64,000 nt of DNA from Kofleriaceae bacterium. Lineage in GTDB: Bacteria; Myxococcota_A; Polyangia; Haliangiales; Haliangiaceae. A program made the position numbers and the translations under genes. The notes below the pieces were generated by a model that saw nothing but the letters and a program-made list of their open reading frames with translations, made no database searches and was not told the origin of the DNA. The DNA lies in the NCBI GenBank assembly GCA_965215005.1, contig CBDCCZ010000061.1, positions 1 through 64,000 of the forward strand. The letters run 5' to 3'. Of this stretch, positions 1-11,485 are shown one piece after another. The stretch's first letter is position 1. Every line of letters starts with the position of its first letter.

Positions 1-2
1 TC

Positions 3-335
3 CGCGACCGCCCCCATGTCCTCGAGCTGGCCGCGCGGCTGCATCCCACGCCCGCGGTGGGCGGCGTGCCTACCGCCGCGGCTCTGGAATGGATCGCCGC
101 GCACGAGCACGAGCGCCGCGGCTGGTACGCAGCGCCAATCGGTTGGTTCGACGCCAACGGCGACGGCGAGCTGGTGGTCGCCATCCGCTCCGGGCTGTTC
201 GGTGGCACCAAGGCGCATCTCTACGCCGGTGCCGGCATCGTCGCCGGCTCCGACGCCGATGCCGAGCTCGAAGAAACCCAGCTCAAGCAACGGGCACTGT
301 TGTCGCTTTTCGACCACGTCGAGGCACGGCAATGA
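3..335 (+). CDS. menF: isochorismate synthase, C-terminal part (5' truncated by window edge)
   Basis: Frame open from base 3 reads LHPTPAVGGVP...RGWYAAPIGW...VAIRSG...YAGAGIVAGS...E..ET..K, the chorismate-binding domain motifs; stop overlaps the menD start (ATGA). Confidence 0.85.
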   Translation, partial: RDRPHVLELAARLHPTPAVGGVPTAAALEWIAAHEHERRGWYAAPIGWFDANGDGELVVAIRSGLFGGTKAHLYAGAGIVAGSDADAELEETQLKQRALLSLFDHVEARQ

Positions 336-2061
336 GCGATGCTGCGCAGACCGCGTGGGCCGCCGTCCTGATGCGCTCGCTGCACGAAGCCGGCGTTCGT
401 GAGCTGATCGTGAGCCCCGGCTCGCGATCGACGCCGCTGGTGATCGCAGCCGTCGAGGCCGGCATCCGCTGCCGCGCGATTGTCGATGAACGCTCCGCGG
501 GATTCTTCGCTCTGGGCCTTGGGCGAGCAAGCGGCGCCCCCGCGGCTCTGCTGTGCACCTCCGGCAGCGCCGCCGCTCACTACTATCCGGCCGTTATCGA
601 AGCCGATGCGGCGGCCGTGCCGCTCATCGTCATCACCGCGGACCGACCGCCGGAGCTTGCCGGCTGCGGCGCCAATCAAACCATCGACCAGAGCAAGCTC
701 TTCGGCGACCGTGTGCGCCGCTTCTTCGACCTCGGCCCCGCCACCGAGACGCAAGCGGCGCTGCGAGCGGTGCGCCGAAAGGCCGCGCAGGCATGCTTCT
801 ACGCCGGCGGCTCCTATCCCGGTCCGGTGCACCTCAACGTACCGCTACGCAAGCCGCTCGAACCCGTGGCGGCTGGCAGTGACCTCGCTTCGAGGGTGTG
901 CCAGGAGCCGTTGACCACGGTGAGCACCCCAAGGCAGCTGGTGGCTGCCGCCGCGCTCGAAGCGCTCGCTGCCGACCTCAGTCGCACCGAGCGCGGCGTC
1001 ATCATCGCCGGTCCTGCACCCATTGCGCACGCGCGGCTTCGGCAGTCGATAGCCTATTTATCGCAGGTCACCGGCTATCCAGTTTTCGCCGAAGCGACGA
1101 GCCAATTGCGCCTGGTCGGGGAAGCCGTCCCGGCGCTCGGCTGCGATGCCTTCGACGTCTTCCTCGGCTGGCCGAACCTCGGTGACCGCATCGACGCGGA
1201 GTTGATCGTGCAGCTTGGCGCTGCACCCACCTCGCGCTCGCTGGCCAATTATCTGGCTCGGTCGCCAGCGCGCCGCTACGTGCTAACCGAGCACGGCTGG
1301 CCCGATCCATCCAGCGACGCGACCGCTATGCTCTTCGGCGATGTCGGCGACGCCGCCGTGCGCTTGGCAGCCGCCGTCGATGAGCGCGGCCCTACCAGCT
1401 GGGCCGCTGCGATGCTCGACCTAAACCGTCGCGGCTGGCAGCGCGTAGAGGGCGAGCTCGGCCTCCGTAGCGAGTCGATGAGCGAAGGACAAGCACTGCG
1501 AGCCATCGTCGCGGCGCTGCCCGACGACGCCCTGCTCTTCATCGGCAACAGCTTGCCGGTGCGGCTGATCGATACCTTCTGCCCCGCCAAGAGCGCGCGC
1601 GTCGACGTCCTGAGCCAACGCGGCGCTAGCGGCATCGATGGCTTGATTTCGGGCGCCGCGGGCGCAGCTTCCGCCGGCGCCCTTGAACGACCGGTGGTGC
1701 TGGTCATGGGTGACGTGAGCTTTGCCCATGACCTCTGTGGATTGGCGGCGGCCCGCCACATCGCCGCGCCGCTATCGATCATCGTCATCGACAATGGCGG
1801 TGGTCGCATCTTCGATCAGCTCCCCATCGCCAATACCGCGTTGCCCAATAACGCCTTCGAGCGCTTCTTCACCACCGCTCCGGGACTCGACATCGCCGCG
1901 GCAGCCGGTCTGTTCGGTCACTGGGTCGAGACCGCCCGCCGCCCCGATGAGCTCGCCGCCGCCATCACCGATACCGTTGGCTCCCCCGGCTGCACCGTCG
2001 TTCACGCCGTGGTCGATCCCCACAGCGCGCGGGCCTCACTCGCGCGCCTTCGCGAGGAGCC

Positions 2062-2065
<4 letters not shown>
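332..2065 (+). CDS. menD: SEPHCHC synthase (ThDP-dependent)
   Basis: [52 protein letters not shown] and GD...HD...NGGG.IF motifs; ATG at 332. Confidence 0.95.
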
Positions 2066-2921
<856 letters not shown>

Positions 2922-2940
<19 letters not shown>

Positions 2941-3923
2941 GCGCGCGCGAGGTCGCGGAGCTCACCGTCGACCTCACGCGCTGCGAAGTGCAGGAGCACG
3001 GCGGCGCATTGTCCGGCGAGGTGCGCAACGCGCAGCGCCGCTGGCGCGAGCGCCGCGGCCTGCTGTTACGCGTTTGGAGTACCGATGGCTGCATGGGCCT
3101 GGGCGAAGCCTCGCCCTTGCCCGGCCACTCGCGCGAAACCTTGGCCGACTGCCGCCGCGCCCTCGCTAGCGTCAGTCCTGGAACCTGGCGCGTGCACGAC
3201 GCAGCGCCGCTGCCAGGAGCGGCACGCTTTGCGCTCGAGTGCGCGCTGCTCGACATCATTGCTCGACAGCGAGGCATCTCGGTGGCGGCCCTGCTCCGCC
3301 CACCGCCGCACCAACCGGTGCCCCTGTGCGCGCTCGTCAATGATCTAGACGCCGCCATCGCGCATTGGCAGCACGGCATTTGCGCCTTCAAGATCAAAGT
3401 CGGCAGCAACTTCGATGCCGAGCACGCGCTGCTCACAGCGCTGCGCCACCACTTCCCGCGCGCCGTCCTGCGCATCGACGCCAACGGCGCTTGGACTCCG
3501 GCACAAGCAGCTGAGAATCTGGCCCTGCTTGCGCCGATTGGCCTAGAGCTGGCCGAGGAGCCATGCAGCGGTCCGCTGCCGCCAAGCCCGATCCCGCTCG
3601 CCATCGACGAACGACTCGCCGCAGGCGATAGCAGCGCCCTCCGCGACGGCAGCGCCGCCATCGCTATCGTGAAACCAATGCTGCTGGGACTCGTGCGGTG
3701 CCTGCAGCTCGCTGCCGTGCACCCCGTGATCGTGAGCCATCTCTTCGATGGCCCTGTCGCGCTCACCGCCGCCGCCGAGCTGGCGCTGGCGCTGCGCCCA
3801 AAGCACGCCTGCGGCCTCGCTACACATGCGGGGCTCACGGCGTGGCCGCCAATCGTGGTGCCGCAGCTCCGGGGCGGGTTCCTAGAGCCACACACCTCGA
3901 TCGGCCTGGGAGTGACGCTTTGA
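2922..3923 (+). CDS. menC: o-succinylbenzoate synthase (enolase superfamily); start approximate
   Basis: [32 protein letters not shown] and VKPML motifs; lies between menA and menE. Confidence 0.85.
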
Positions 3924-5155
3924 GTCGCGAGGTCGCCACCGCCGTGATTACGGAACAGGAGCGCCTCTCGTGGGACCAGCTCGACGCCCTGCGCGATCGC
4001 ATCGAGCTCCGTCGCGTGCTCGTTGCCGAGCCAGAAATCGAGACCATCGCTGCGGTCGCCGCCGCCTTCGCGCGCGGCGCTAGCATCGCGCTTTTGCACC
4101 CGCGCCTCACTGTCGCGGAAGCCGCCGAGCAGACGCGGCTCGCAAAAGCTGCGCTCGCCGCCCCCGAGCCGGTCATCGTCCTCTTCACCTCGGGCAGCTC
4201 CGGCCAGCCGCGCCCGGTCGCGCTGCCGCACCGCGCCTTCATCGCCAGTGCCGCAGCCAGCGCCGCCAACCTCGGCTGGCAGCCTCGAGACTGCTGGCTC
4301 TGCGCCTTGCCGCTCGCCCACGTCGGCGGCCTTTCCATCGTCACCCGCTCGCTGCGCGCGCGCCGCACCATCGCCCTGGCGCCGCCGCCGTTCGAGCCGG
4401 AGCAGGTTCTCGCGCGTATCCAGCGCGACCGCGTCACGTTGATCTCACTGGTACCCACCATGCTCGCCGGCCTCCTCGATGCCGGCTGGGCCGCGCCAAC
4501 CACCGTGCGCGCCGTTCTCCTTGGCGGCGCACCCGCGCCTACGAGCTTGCTCGAGCGAGCAGGCGCCGCCAGCCTGCCCATCCTCACCACCTACGGCATG
4601 ACCGAAACCTGCGCGCAAGTCTGCACCCAGCCCTACCCCGAGCGCGGCATTGTTTGCGGCAACGCCGGCCTGCCCCTGCCCGGTGTCGAGCTCGACACCA
4701 CCGGCGAGCGCATCCGCATTCGCGGCCCCATGCTCGCACTCGACGTCGCCGATGCCGACGGCTGGCTCACCACCGCCGATCGCGGCCGCCAAGACCACCG
4801 CGGCCGCCTCACCCTCTTCGGCCGCGCCGACGACCTCATCATCACCGGCGGCGAAAACGTCGATCCCCGCGAAGTCGAAGCCGCGCTCCTAACCTGCCCC
4901 CACCTCGCCGCCGCCTGCGTCGTTCCCCTCCCCGACCCCCGCTGGGGCCAACGCGTCGCCGCCGCCATCGTCCCATCCCCCGGCACCACCATCGACCTCG
5001 CCACCCTCGACCATCACCTCCGCCCCCGCCTCGCCCGCTTCAAACACCCCCGCCAATGGCGCATCCTCGAGGCCCTCCCCCTCCTCCCCACCGGCAAAAT
5101 CGACCGCCAAGCCATCATCGCCCTCCTCCGCGACAAGCCCGCCGCTACCCGCTGA
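3920..5155 (+). CDS. menE: o-succinylbenzoate-CoA ligase
   Basis: [39 protein letters not shown] and TGKIDR adenylation motifs; TTG start overlaps the menC stop. Confidence 0.9.
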   Translation: MSREVATAVITEQERLSWDQLDALRDRIELRRVLVAEPEIETIAAVAAAFARGASIALLHPRLTVAEAAEQTRLAKAALAAPEPVIVLFTSGSSGQPRPVALPHRAFIASAAASAANLGWQPRDCWLCALPLAHVGGLSIVTRSLRARRTIALAPPPFEPEQVLARIQRDRVTLISLVPTMLAGLLDAGWAAPTTVRAVLLGGAPAPTSLLERAGAASLPILTTYGMTETCAQVCTQPYPERGIVCGNAGLPLPGVELDTTGERIRIRGPMLALDVADADGWLTTADRGRQDHRGRLTLFGRADDLIITGGENVDPREVEAALLTCPHLAAACVVPLPDPRWGQRVAAAIVPSPGTTIDLATLDHHLRPRLARFKHPRQWRILEALPLLPTGKIDRQAIIALLRDKPAATR

Positions 5156-5198
5156 GCCCTACCGACAGTGCCAGTTTCAGGAAACACATAGGTATCAA

Positions 5199-6590
5199 GT
5201 GAGTCTCAGTCTCCGGGAATCGAGTCATCGGTTTTACTACCCGCTACTCTTCGCAATCGTCTGCGCGTGCGGGCCGACCTCTGGTAGAACGACGGAAAGC
5301 GTTCGGCCTCCAGCAGCCTCGATCGCCGAAGAATCGCAACAGACGACGACATATCGGCTCACGAATGGACTACGCGTCGTTCTCGTACAGGACTGCACTT
5401 TGCCCCTTATCGGCTTGGCGGTTGGCTACCGTCTTGGCGGACTCATCGAAGAACCTGAAACCTACGGCTTGAGTCATCTAGTTGAACACCTTTCTTTTCA
5501 GGGGACATCGCACATCCCCAAGGATCTTCATGACTCGATTCTATCCGCGCGTGGTGGAGGCGGCAGCGCGTTCACAGGATTCGATAGCCTGATCCACTAC
5601 AGCACTGCACCGCCCAACCAGCTACCCGTCCTCTTATGGCTTGAGAGCGACCGCATGGGGTTCTTGGAACCCGCACTCACTCAAGAGCGTTTTGAGAATC
5701 AGCGAGAGGTGGTGATCCGTGAGTTTAAGCAGAACTTTGAGGAACACCCCTATGGCATGGCAGAAGTCCTCATTGAAGAACTCGCCTTCCCGGCTCCGCA
5801 CCCATATCACGGCGCAGTCTTAGGGAGACCGAGCCAAATCGCCACGCTCGAGCTGAGTCAGGCTAGTTCGTTCCTAAGCAGCCACTGGCGGGCAGCTAAC
5901 GCCGTTCTGGTGATAGTCGGTGCCTTCGATGTTAGCTTCGCAAAAGACCAGATCCAGCACTATTTTGGTTCACTGCCCACAGGCGCGGAAACTAAGCCAC
6001 AAAGAGTCTCTACGTCATCAGGAACAGGCAGTCTGAGCATACGCGACGATGTAGCGGCACCGCGGGTGACGATTGGCTGGGTGGGACCCGCAAGAAGTTC
6101 AGCTGAAAGCGCAGCTCTCACGCTGTACTCGAGCATGTTAGCAGGCAGTCAAACGGCGTGGCTCGTGCGACAGCTCGTGGAAGACAAAGGCCTAGCTTCC
6201 TCGGTCGCGTGTGTCTTCTATCCGAGAGAGCTCAGCTCACTCTTTCAATGTGACGCGGTTGCTGTGGATGGCGTTTCTACGGACGTGCTAGAAAAAGAGT
6301 TAGTTAGCAGCATAAACTCCGCATTCCCCAAAGATGAGTTCTCCGTCTACCTTAAACGAGCAAAAGCTATCTGGGAACTCAGCTTTCTGGAGCGCTTACA
6401 GGCTCCCAGCGATAGAGCCCGGTGGATTGCTGAGCATGCGCTATGGAGTGCCGCCCTGCCGTCCATCGAGAAGCATCTAGCCGCTCACTGGGACGTGACG
6501 ATACACGACGTAGCGCGCGTTCGTGAGAAATGGCTAAAACCGGAGCAGTTCGTATCTGTCGTCATCGAGCCGGAAGAGCGTGACCCTTGA
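5199..6590 (+). CDS. M16B (insulinase/pitrilysin-like) zinc peptidase, catalytic subunit; possible lipoprotein
   Basis: LTNGLRVVL, GLSHLVEHLSFQGT (inverted HxxEH), LWLESDRM and HPY motifs; hydrophobic N-terminus ending in VCAC. Confidence 0.85.
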   Translation: MSLSLRESSHRFYYPLLFAIVCACGPTSGRTTESVRPPAASIAEESQQTTTYRLTNGLRVVLVQDCTLPLIGLAVGYRLGGLIEEPETYGLSHLVEHLSFQGTSHIPKDLHDSILSARGGGGSAFTGFDSLIHYSTAPPNQLPVLLWLESDRMGFLEPALTQERFENQREVVIREFKQNFEEHPYGMAEVLIEELAFPAPHPYHGAVLGRPSQIATLELSQASSFLSSHWRAANAVLVIVGAFDVSFAKDQIQHYFGSLPTGAETKPQRVSTSSGTGSLSIRDDVAAPRVTIGWVGPARSSAESAALTLYSSMLAGSQTAWLVRQLVEDKGLASSVACVFYPRELSSLFQCDAVAVDGVSTDVLEKELVSSINSAFPKDEFSVYLKRAKAIWELSFLERLQAPSDRARWIAEHALWSAALPSIEKHLAAHWDVTIHDVARVREKWLKPEQFVSVVIEPEERDP

Positions 6591-8020
6591 GCTATTCGAC
6601 GACGCACAGGCATCGGATTTGGCTAGTTTGCACCGCACTAGCGTGGCATCTGCTCCTTTCCTCCTACTGTACATGCAGCGCAGTGGCTCAACCCTTACAA
6701 GAATGGCGGCGGCAAGTTCCGCTGCCCTTAGAGCCGGACTCGGCGCTAGTGCTACCAGTCGACAAAGCCACTGTCGAGGGCTTGGGCAGGGTTCTAATCT
6801 ACTCCCGCAGAGGTTCAGGCTTGGCATCAACGGCGGCTGCATCTCCTCGCCTCCATGAGATTGGCGTTAACTGCGGTATTGGATTGATTGCAGCGAATTT
6901 GGCCCTGAGTGGTCCTGCGTCGATGAAGAGGCAACAGTTCCTAGCCACCCTGGACTCGCATGGCATGAGGATTTCGTCGCAACTGCTACAAGATGTGGTC
7001 GTCGCCCAAATCGTCAGCCGTTCTGCCGATGCAGCTGGTGCGCGAAAGCTCCTGCTCATGACGCTCAAGAACCCACGGCTGGATAAAGTTGCCGTAGAGC
7101 GTGCACGAGACCAAGCGCTAGAAGACCTTCAGCAAGCACAGAAAGACTCGGTAGAGCTCGCGCGCTCGGATTCCTTGAGCCGTGCCATTCCACATGTTGC
7201 AGCCACATCGTCGGCAACGTGCCTCGCCGAGCTCAGAGACGCCACGCATGAGAGTATCGTGGGCGCAGTCGATAAAGTGTGGAAGAGGCCGGATCTGATC
7301 TGGGCATCAGCAGGAGACTTCACTGCAGAGAGCGCCTCAAACTCCTTCGAACTCTTCAGCTCGGGTAAACCCAAGAAACTTCCTCGTGCGATTATCGAGC
7401 CCGAGACGACAACGAGGAAGAAGAGCGCCAAGCACTTCAACACTTCATTGAACATAATCGACAAAGCGAGCTCAGGAGATGTAGCGCTGGCCATGACCTG
7501 GCCGGTCCCACTCAGAGGTCCGGCGCTAGATGTGTTCAATCGTTTATTCGGCGGGATGTACGCCTCGCGAGTGAATCTGCTGCTGCGCGAGAAGCTCGGA
7601 TGGACGTATTTCATGCGCTCGGAAATCGTTGAGGCCAGCCAAGATACCGCCATCGTACTCAGTGGTTTCGTGACAAAAGAACATGTTGGCGACGCGATCA
7701 GCGTGATCTTTAATGAGCTCGAAGCGGTGTGCGGCTCCGCACTAACCGAGGCTGAAGTGGAGATGGCCAAGAGCGCCGCTTCCTACTTTCATCTTCGTTC
7801 GATCCTCAAAGTAGACGATGCGGCTATATCCATTCTAGCCGCGGAGATGGCTGGACAACTCACTGAGTGGAAGTCGTACCATAGCGCTCTATCAAGAGTT
7901 GACTCTCGGGACGTTCAGCAGCGATGCAACGAAGTTCGGTCGAGCCAGCCGACGACCACGGTGGTCGGCTCGAAACGTCAACTCGCGCCTCAACTCGAGG
8001 ATGTTCAGCAAGTTCGCTGA
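6587..8020 (+). CDS. M16B peptidase-like non-catalytic partner subunit
   Basis: No HxxEH; FGGMYASRVNLLLREKLGWTY resembles the R...Y substrate-binding motif of M16 C-terminal halves; overlaps the upstream gene by 4 nt. Confidence 0.7.
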   Translation: MSYSTTHRHRIWLVCTALAWHLLLSSYCTCSAVAQPLQEWRRQVPLPLEPDSALVLPVDKATVEGLGRVLIYSRRGSGLASTAAASPRLHEIGVNCGIGLIAANLALSGPASMKRQQFLATLDSHGMRISSQLLQDVVVAQIVSRSADAAGARKLLLMTLKNPRLDKVAVERARDQALEDLQQAQKDSVELARSDSLSRAIPHVAATSSATCLAELRDATHESIVGAVDKVWKRPDLIWASAGDFTAESASNSFELFSSGKPKKLPRAIIEPETTTRKKSAKHFNTSLNIIDKASSGDVALAMTWPVPLRGPALDVFNRLFGGMYASRVNLLLREKLGWTYFMRSEIVEASQDTAIVLSGFVTKEHVGDAISVIFNELEAVCGSALTEAEVEMAKSAASYFHLRSILKVDDAAISILAAEMAGQLTEWKSYHSALSRVDSRDVQQRCNEVRSSQPTTTVVGSKRQLAPQLEDVQQVR

Positions 8021-8103
8021 GCTGGGCCGCTACATGTCAAAACTCCCTGTTGTTGATTCTGGGCGGCTAAACCTTTCTGCGGGCGTGGTACGTTCGGCGG
8101 CCG

Positions 8104-8727
8104 ATGGCGGCGGCGTTTCTCCACGAGCGCGGTAAGGCGGCGCTTCTCGAGGCAGTGCGGGCGGTGGAGGGGGTGAGTGCGGTCGAGGTGATGGTAGCGG
8201 TGCGGCGACGATCGGCGGGGTATCCGCAGGTGCCGCTGGGAGTGGGGATCGCGGTGGGAGTGGCGACGTTGGGGTTCATGATGTGGGCGCCGCTGGTGTT
8301 TTCGCACCTGGCGATTGTGGTGGAGCCGGTGGTGGCGGGGGCGCTGGCCGGATTTCTGGCTGCTTGGTTGCCGGGGGTGCGGCGGTGGCTTACGAGCGGG
8401 CGGCAGCGACGAGAGCAGGTGGAGAAGGCGGCGAAGGCGACCTTTTTTGACAAGCGGGTGCGGCACACGAGTGGGCGCACGGGGGTGCTGGTGTACATCT
8501 CGCTGCTCGAGCGAGAGCTCGAGGTGGTGGCAGACACGGGCGTGGTCGAGGCGGTTGGCGTGGCGGCGTGGGAGGAAGCAAAGCGCCCGCTGCGGCAGTG
8601 TGTTCGCGCGGGCGGTGACGCGGTCGCGGTGGCGCGTGAGCTCGCGGCGCTGGCCGAGCTGTTTGCCGAGGCGCTACCGCGTGAGGCCGATGATCGCAAT
8701 GAGCTGCCCGATGAGGTCTCGGAGTGA
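8104..8727 (+). CDS. TPM-domain (DUF477-like) membrane protein
   Basis: AVRAVEGVSAVEVMVAV, two TM helices, RTGVLVYISLLERELEVVADTG, C-terminal D.NELPD. Confidence 0.75.
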   Translation: MAAAFLHERGKAALLEAVRAVEGVSAVEVMVAVRRRSAGYPQVPLGVGIAVGVATLGFMMWAPLVFSHLAIVVEPVVAGALAGFLAAWLPGVRRWLTSGRQRREQVEKAAKATFFDKRVRHTSGRTGVLVYISLLERELEVVADTGVVEAVGVAAWEEAKRPLRQCVRAGGDAVAVARELAALAELFAEALPREADDRNELPDEVSE

Positions 8728-10202
8728 GATACACCGGCTGGGCGATGTCGGCGCTGGTGTTCTTGCTGGAGCTCGCGACGGCCGACGCTCGCCCGGGCGG
8801 TGGTCACAGCTACTCGGGCGGCGGCGGGTTCAGCGGCGGCGGCTCGAGCGGCGGCGGCTCAGGCGGCGGCTCGAGCGGCGGCGGCGACGTGCTGTTCTTG
8901 CTGGTCCATCTCCTCATCCGCTATCCGCAAATTGGAGTGCCGGTGCTGGCGGTGGTGGTGGTGATGTGGCTTTTGGGCAAGCGCGAGCGCAGCCGCAACG
9001 CCGACTGGGACAGCGGTCCGCCGGTGGTGCAGCCGCGTTCGGTGAGTCTCGAGCGAATAGCGCGGGTCGATCCAGAGTTCTCGCGGGTGGTGTTCGACGA
9101 CTTCGTGTATCGGCTCTACGCGCGGGCCCACGGCAGCCGCAACGACGACCATGCGATGCGAGCGCTGGCGCCTTATCTGAGCGCCGAGGCTCGCGCTCAG
9201 CTTCAGGCGCGGCCGCCTCGAGCGGCGGTGAGCGGGGTGGTCATCGGCGCGATGCGAGTCATCGAGGTAGAGGTTCCAGCACAAGCTACCAATAACGGAC
9301 AGCCGACCTTCATCACGGTGACGCTCGAGGTCGAAGCCAACATGACCGCCCAGGGCGAGACCCACTACGTCGTCGAGCGCTGGTCGCTGCGCCGTTCCGC
9401 CGCCGCGCGCAGCCGAGCGCCCAGCGCGACGAACACGTTCCCGTGTCCCAACTGCGGCGCTCCGTTTCAATCCGCTGATGACGCCCGCTGCAACTACTGC
9501 GGCGAGGTGGTGACCACCGGGCTGTTCGATTGGCTGGTGGTGTCGACACACCTGCTTCACGACGATACCCGCGGCCCCACCCTTACCGGTCATGCCCCCG
9601 AGCGGGGCACCGAGCTGCCAACCATCACGCAGTCGGGGGTGCAGGAGCGATGGGTCGCCTTGCAGCGCGATGATCCGGCGCTCACGGATGAGTCGTTTGC
9701 AGCGCGCTTGCACCACATCTATCACCAGCTCAATAGCGCCTGGGTCGCGCGCGAGCTGTCTGGGGCCCGACCGTACGTTTCCGACGGCATGTTCGGCTAT
9801 CTGCAGTACTGGATCGACAGCTACCGCGTACAGCGGCTACGCAACTGCATGGACGATGCACGCATGCATCACTGGACCTTCGCGAAGCTCACCCGTGACC
9901 GCTATTTCGACGCCGCGACCGTGCGAATTTGGGCGTTGGCGAAGGACTACACGCTGACCGAGGACGGCAAGCTCGTCGGCGGTTCTAAGAGCCTCGAGCG
10001 CGAATACAGCGAGTATTGGACACTCGTCCGCAGCGCTGCGCGCCGCGGGCAAGCCCACGATGCCAAGGCCTGCCCCAACTGCGGCGCGCCGCTCAACATC
10101 GACGTCGCGGGCAGCTGCGAGTACTGCGGCGCGCACGTCACCGGTGGTGAGTTCGACTGGGTGCTCAGCCGTATCGAGCAAGATGATTCCTATCGCGGCT
10201 GA
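8724..10202 (+). CDS. Tim44-like domain protein with two Tim44-like/Zn-ribbon repeats
   Basis: Signal peptide, Gly-rich linker, TM segment, then two units of (DP.F/L...F...E.W.L.R) each followed by CPNCGAP...C.YCG...FDW. Confidence 0.7.
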   Translation: MRYTGWAMSALVFLLELATADARPGGGHSYSGGGGFSGGGSSGGGSGGGSSGGGDVLFLLVHLLIRYPQIGVPVLAVVVVMWLLGKRERSRNADWDSGPPVVQPRSVSLERIARVDPEFSRVVFDDFVYRLYARAHGSRNDDHAMRALAPYLSAEARAQLQARPPRAAVSGVVIGAMRVIEVEVPAQATNNGQPTFITVTLEVEANMTAQGETHYVVERWSLRRSAAARSRAPSATNTFPCPNCGAPFQSADDARCNYCGEVVTTGLFDWLVVSTHLLHDDTRGPTLTGHAPERGTELPTITQSGVQERWVALQRDDPALTDESFAARLHHIYHQLNSAWVARELSGARPYVSDGMFGYLQYWIDSYRVQRLRNCMDDARMHHWTFAKLTRDRYFDAATVRIWALAKDYTLTEDGKLVGGSKSLEREYSEYWTLVRSAARRGQAHDAKACPNCGAPLNIDVAGSCEYCGAHVTGGEFDWVLSRIEQDDSYRG

Positions 10203-10239
10203 AGTTGGTCGAAGCGGCACGCGCAGGTATGGTCCGCGC

Positions 10240-11469
10240 ATGGGTAGTTGGAGATGGATGGGCGCGGCGCTCGCAATGCTGCTCGCTAGTGGCGTTGCGG
10301 TCGCGCAGCAGCAAACCGAGGGAACCGCGAGCACGCCGGCAGAGCCGAGCGCCGCAACGCGCTCAAAGCGCGCGGCGGATGCTTCTAGCGACGGCGTCGC
10401 ACCCGCCGGTGCGGAATCAACAGCCGATGCGGAATCAACAGCCGATGCGCAGCGACAGGGCGATCTGTCATCGCCCCTGCGCGTCGTCGTCGCCGGCAGT
10501 GCGCCATTCGTCATCGACGGAACCGACGACGAGCCCACTGGCATCAGCATGGATGTATGGCGCGCGGTCGCCGCGGCCATGGGTCGCGAGTGGAACGTTG
10601 AGCGCGCGCCCAACGTCGCGCGCGCAATCGAGATGGTTCGCGGTGGCGAAGCCGACGTGGCCGTCGGTCCTATCAGCATCACGCCGTCGCGCGCCGAACA
10701 AGTCGAGTTCTCGGTGCAGTACTTTCAGTCGAGCCTCGCTATCGCCGCGCCTCCCGGCGGCTCGGCGTTCGACAGGGTTCGCTCGCTGCTCGGCCCCGCG
10801 CTGCTCGGCGGCATCGCCACGCTGCTCGGCGTGCTGCTGCTGGTCGGAACTCTCATGTGGTGGGCCGAGCGCAAAGCCAACCCGGAGATGTTTCCCCAGC
10901 GCCCGCTTCCCGGCATTGCCAACGGGGTGTGGATGGCGCTCGTGACCATGACGACCGTCGGCTATGGCGACCGCGTGCCGATGACGACCCGCGGTCGCGT
11001 CATCACCGGCGTCTGGATGTTGGTGTCGATGGTCGTAGCCTCGTCGCTCGTTGCATTCATCGCCACCGGCATCACCCTCTCGCAGCTCGATACGCCGGCA
11101 ATCTCTACGGCGGAGGAGCTTTCGGGCAAACGCGTCGCGGTGGTGAGTGGCACCACCTCGGAGGCGTTCACCAAGCTGCACGGCGGCACGCCGGTGAGTG
11201 CCGATGATCTGCCTGCCGCGATGAAGATGATGCAAACTGGACAGGTCGACGCGTTGGTGTTCGACCGGCCGATGCTGCGCTACTACCTGCGCACCAACTC
11301 CCAGCAAAACGTACGCTTGTCGGAGAAGTCTTACGAGCCGCAAGGCTATGGCTTCGTCATGCCGCGCGGCGGCGGCCCACTCGATCGCGCGATGGACGTG
11401 CAAATCCTCAAGCTGCAGCGCAGCGGTATGCTCGACACCCTTGCCGAGCATTGGCTCGGCCCACCGTGA
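10240..11469 (+). CDS. GluR0-like ligand-gated K+ channel (split SBP_bac_3 domain + pore)
   Basis: Signal peptide; SBP S1 (APFV, ISITPSRAEQVEFS); TM-pore-TM with TMTTVGYGD; SBP S2 (VAVVSGTTSE, VDALVFD, YGF). Confidence 0.85.
   Translation: MGSWRWMGAALAMLLASGVAVAQQQTEGTASTPAEPSAATRSKRAADASSDGVAPAGAESTADAESTADAQRQGDLSSPLRVVVAGSAPFVIDGTDDEPTGISMDVWRAVAAAMGREWNVERAPNVARAIEMVRGGEADVAVGPISITPSRAEQVEFSVQYFQSSLAIAAPPGGSAFDRVRSLLGPALLGGIATLLGVLLLVGTLMWWAERKANPEMFPQRPLPGIANGVWMALVTMTTVGYGDRVPMTTRGRVITGVWMLVSMVVASSLVAFIATGITLSQLDTPAISTAEELSGKRVAVVSGTTSEAFTKLHGGTPVSADDLPAAMKMMQTGQVDALVFDRPMLRYYLRTNSQQNVRLSEKSYEPQGYGFVMPRGGGPLDRAMDVQILKLQRSGMLDTLAEHWLGPP
10411..10449 (+). repeat. 18-bp in-frame tandem duplication (AESTAD x2)
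   Basis: gcggaatcaacagccgat is repeated twice in the low-complexity N-terminal linker. Confidence 0.8.
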
Positions 11470-11485
11470 CACCTCCACGGTGCTT

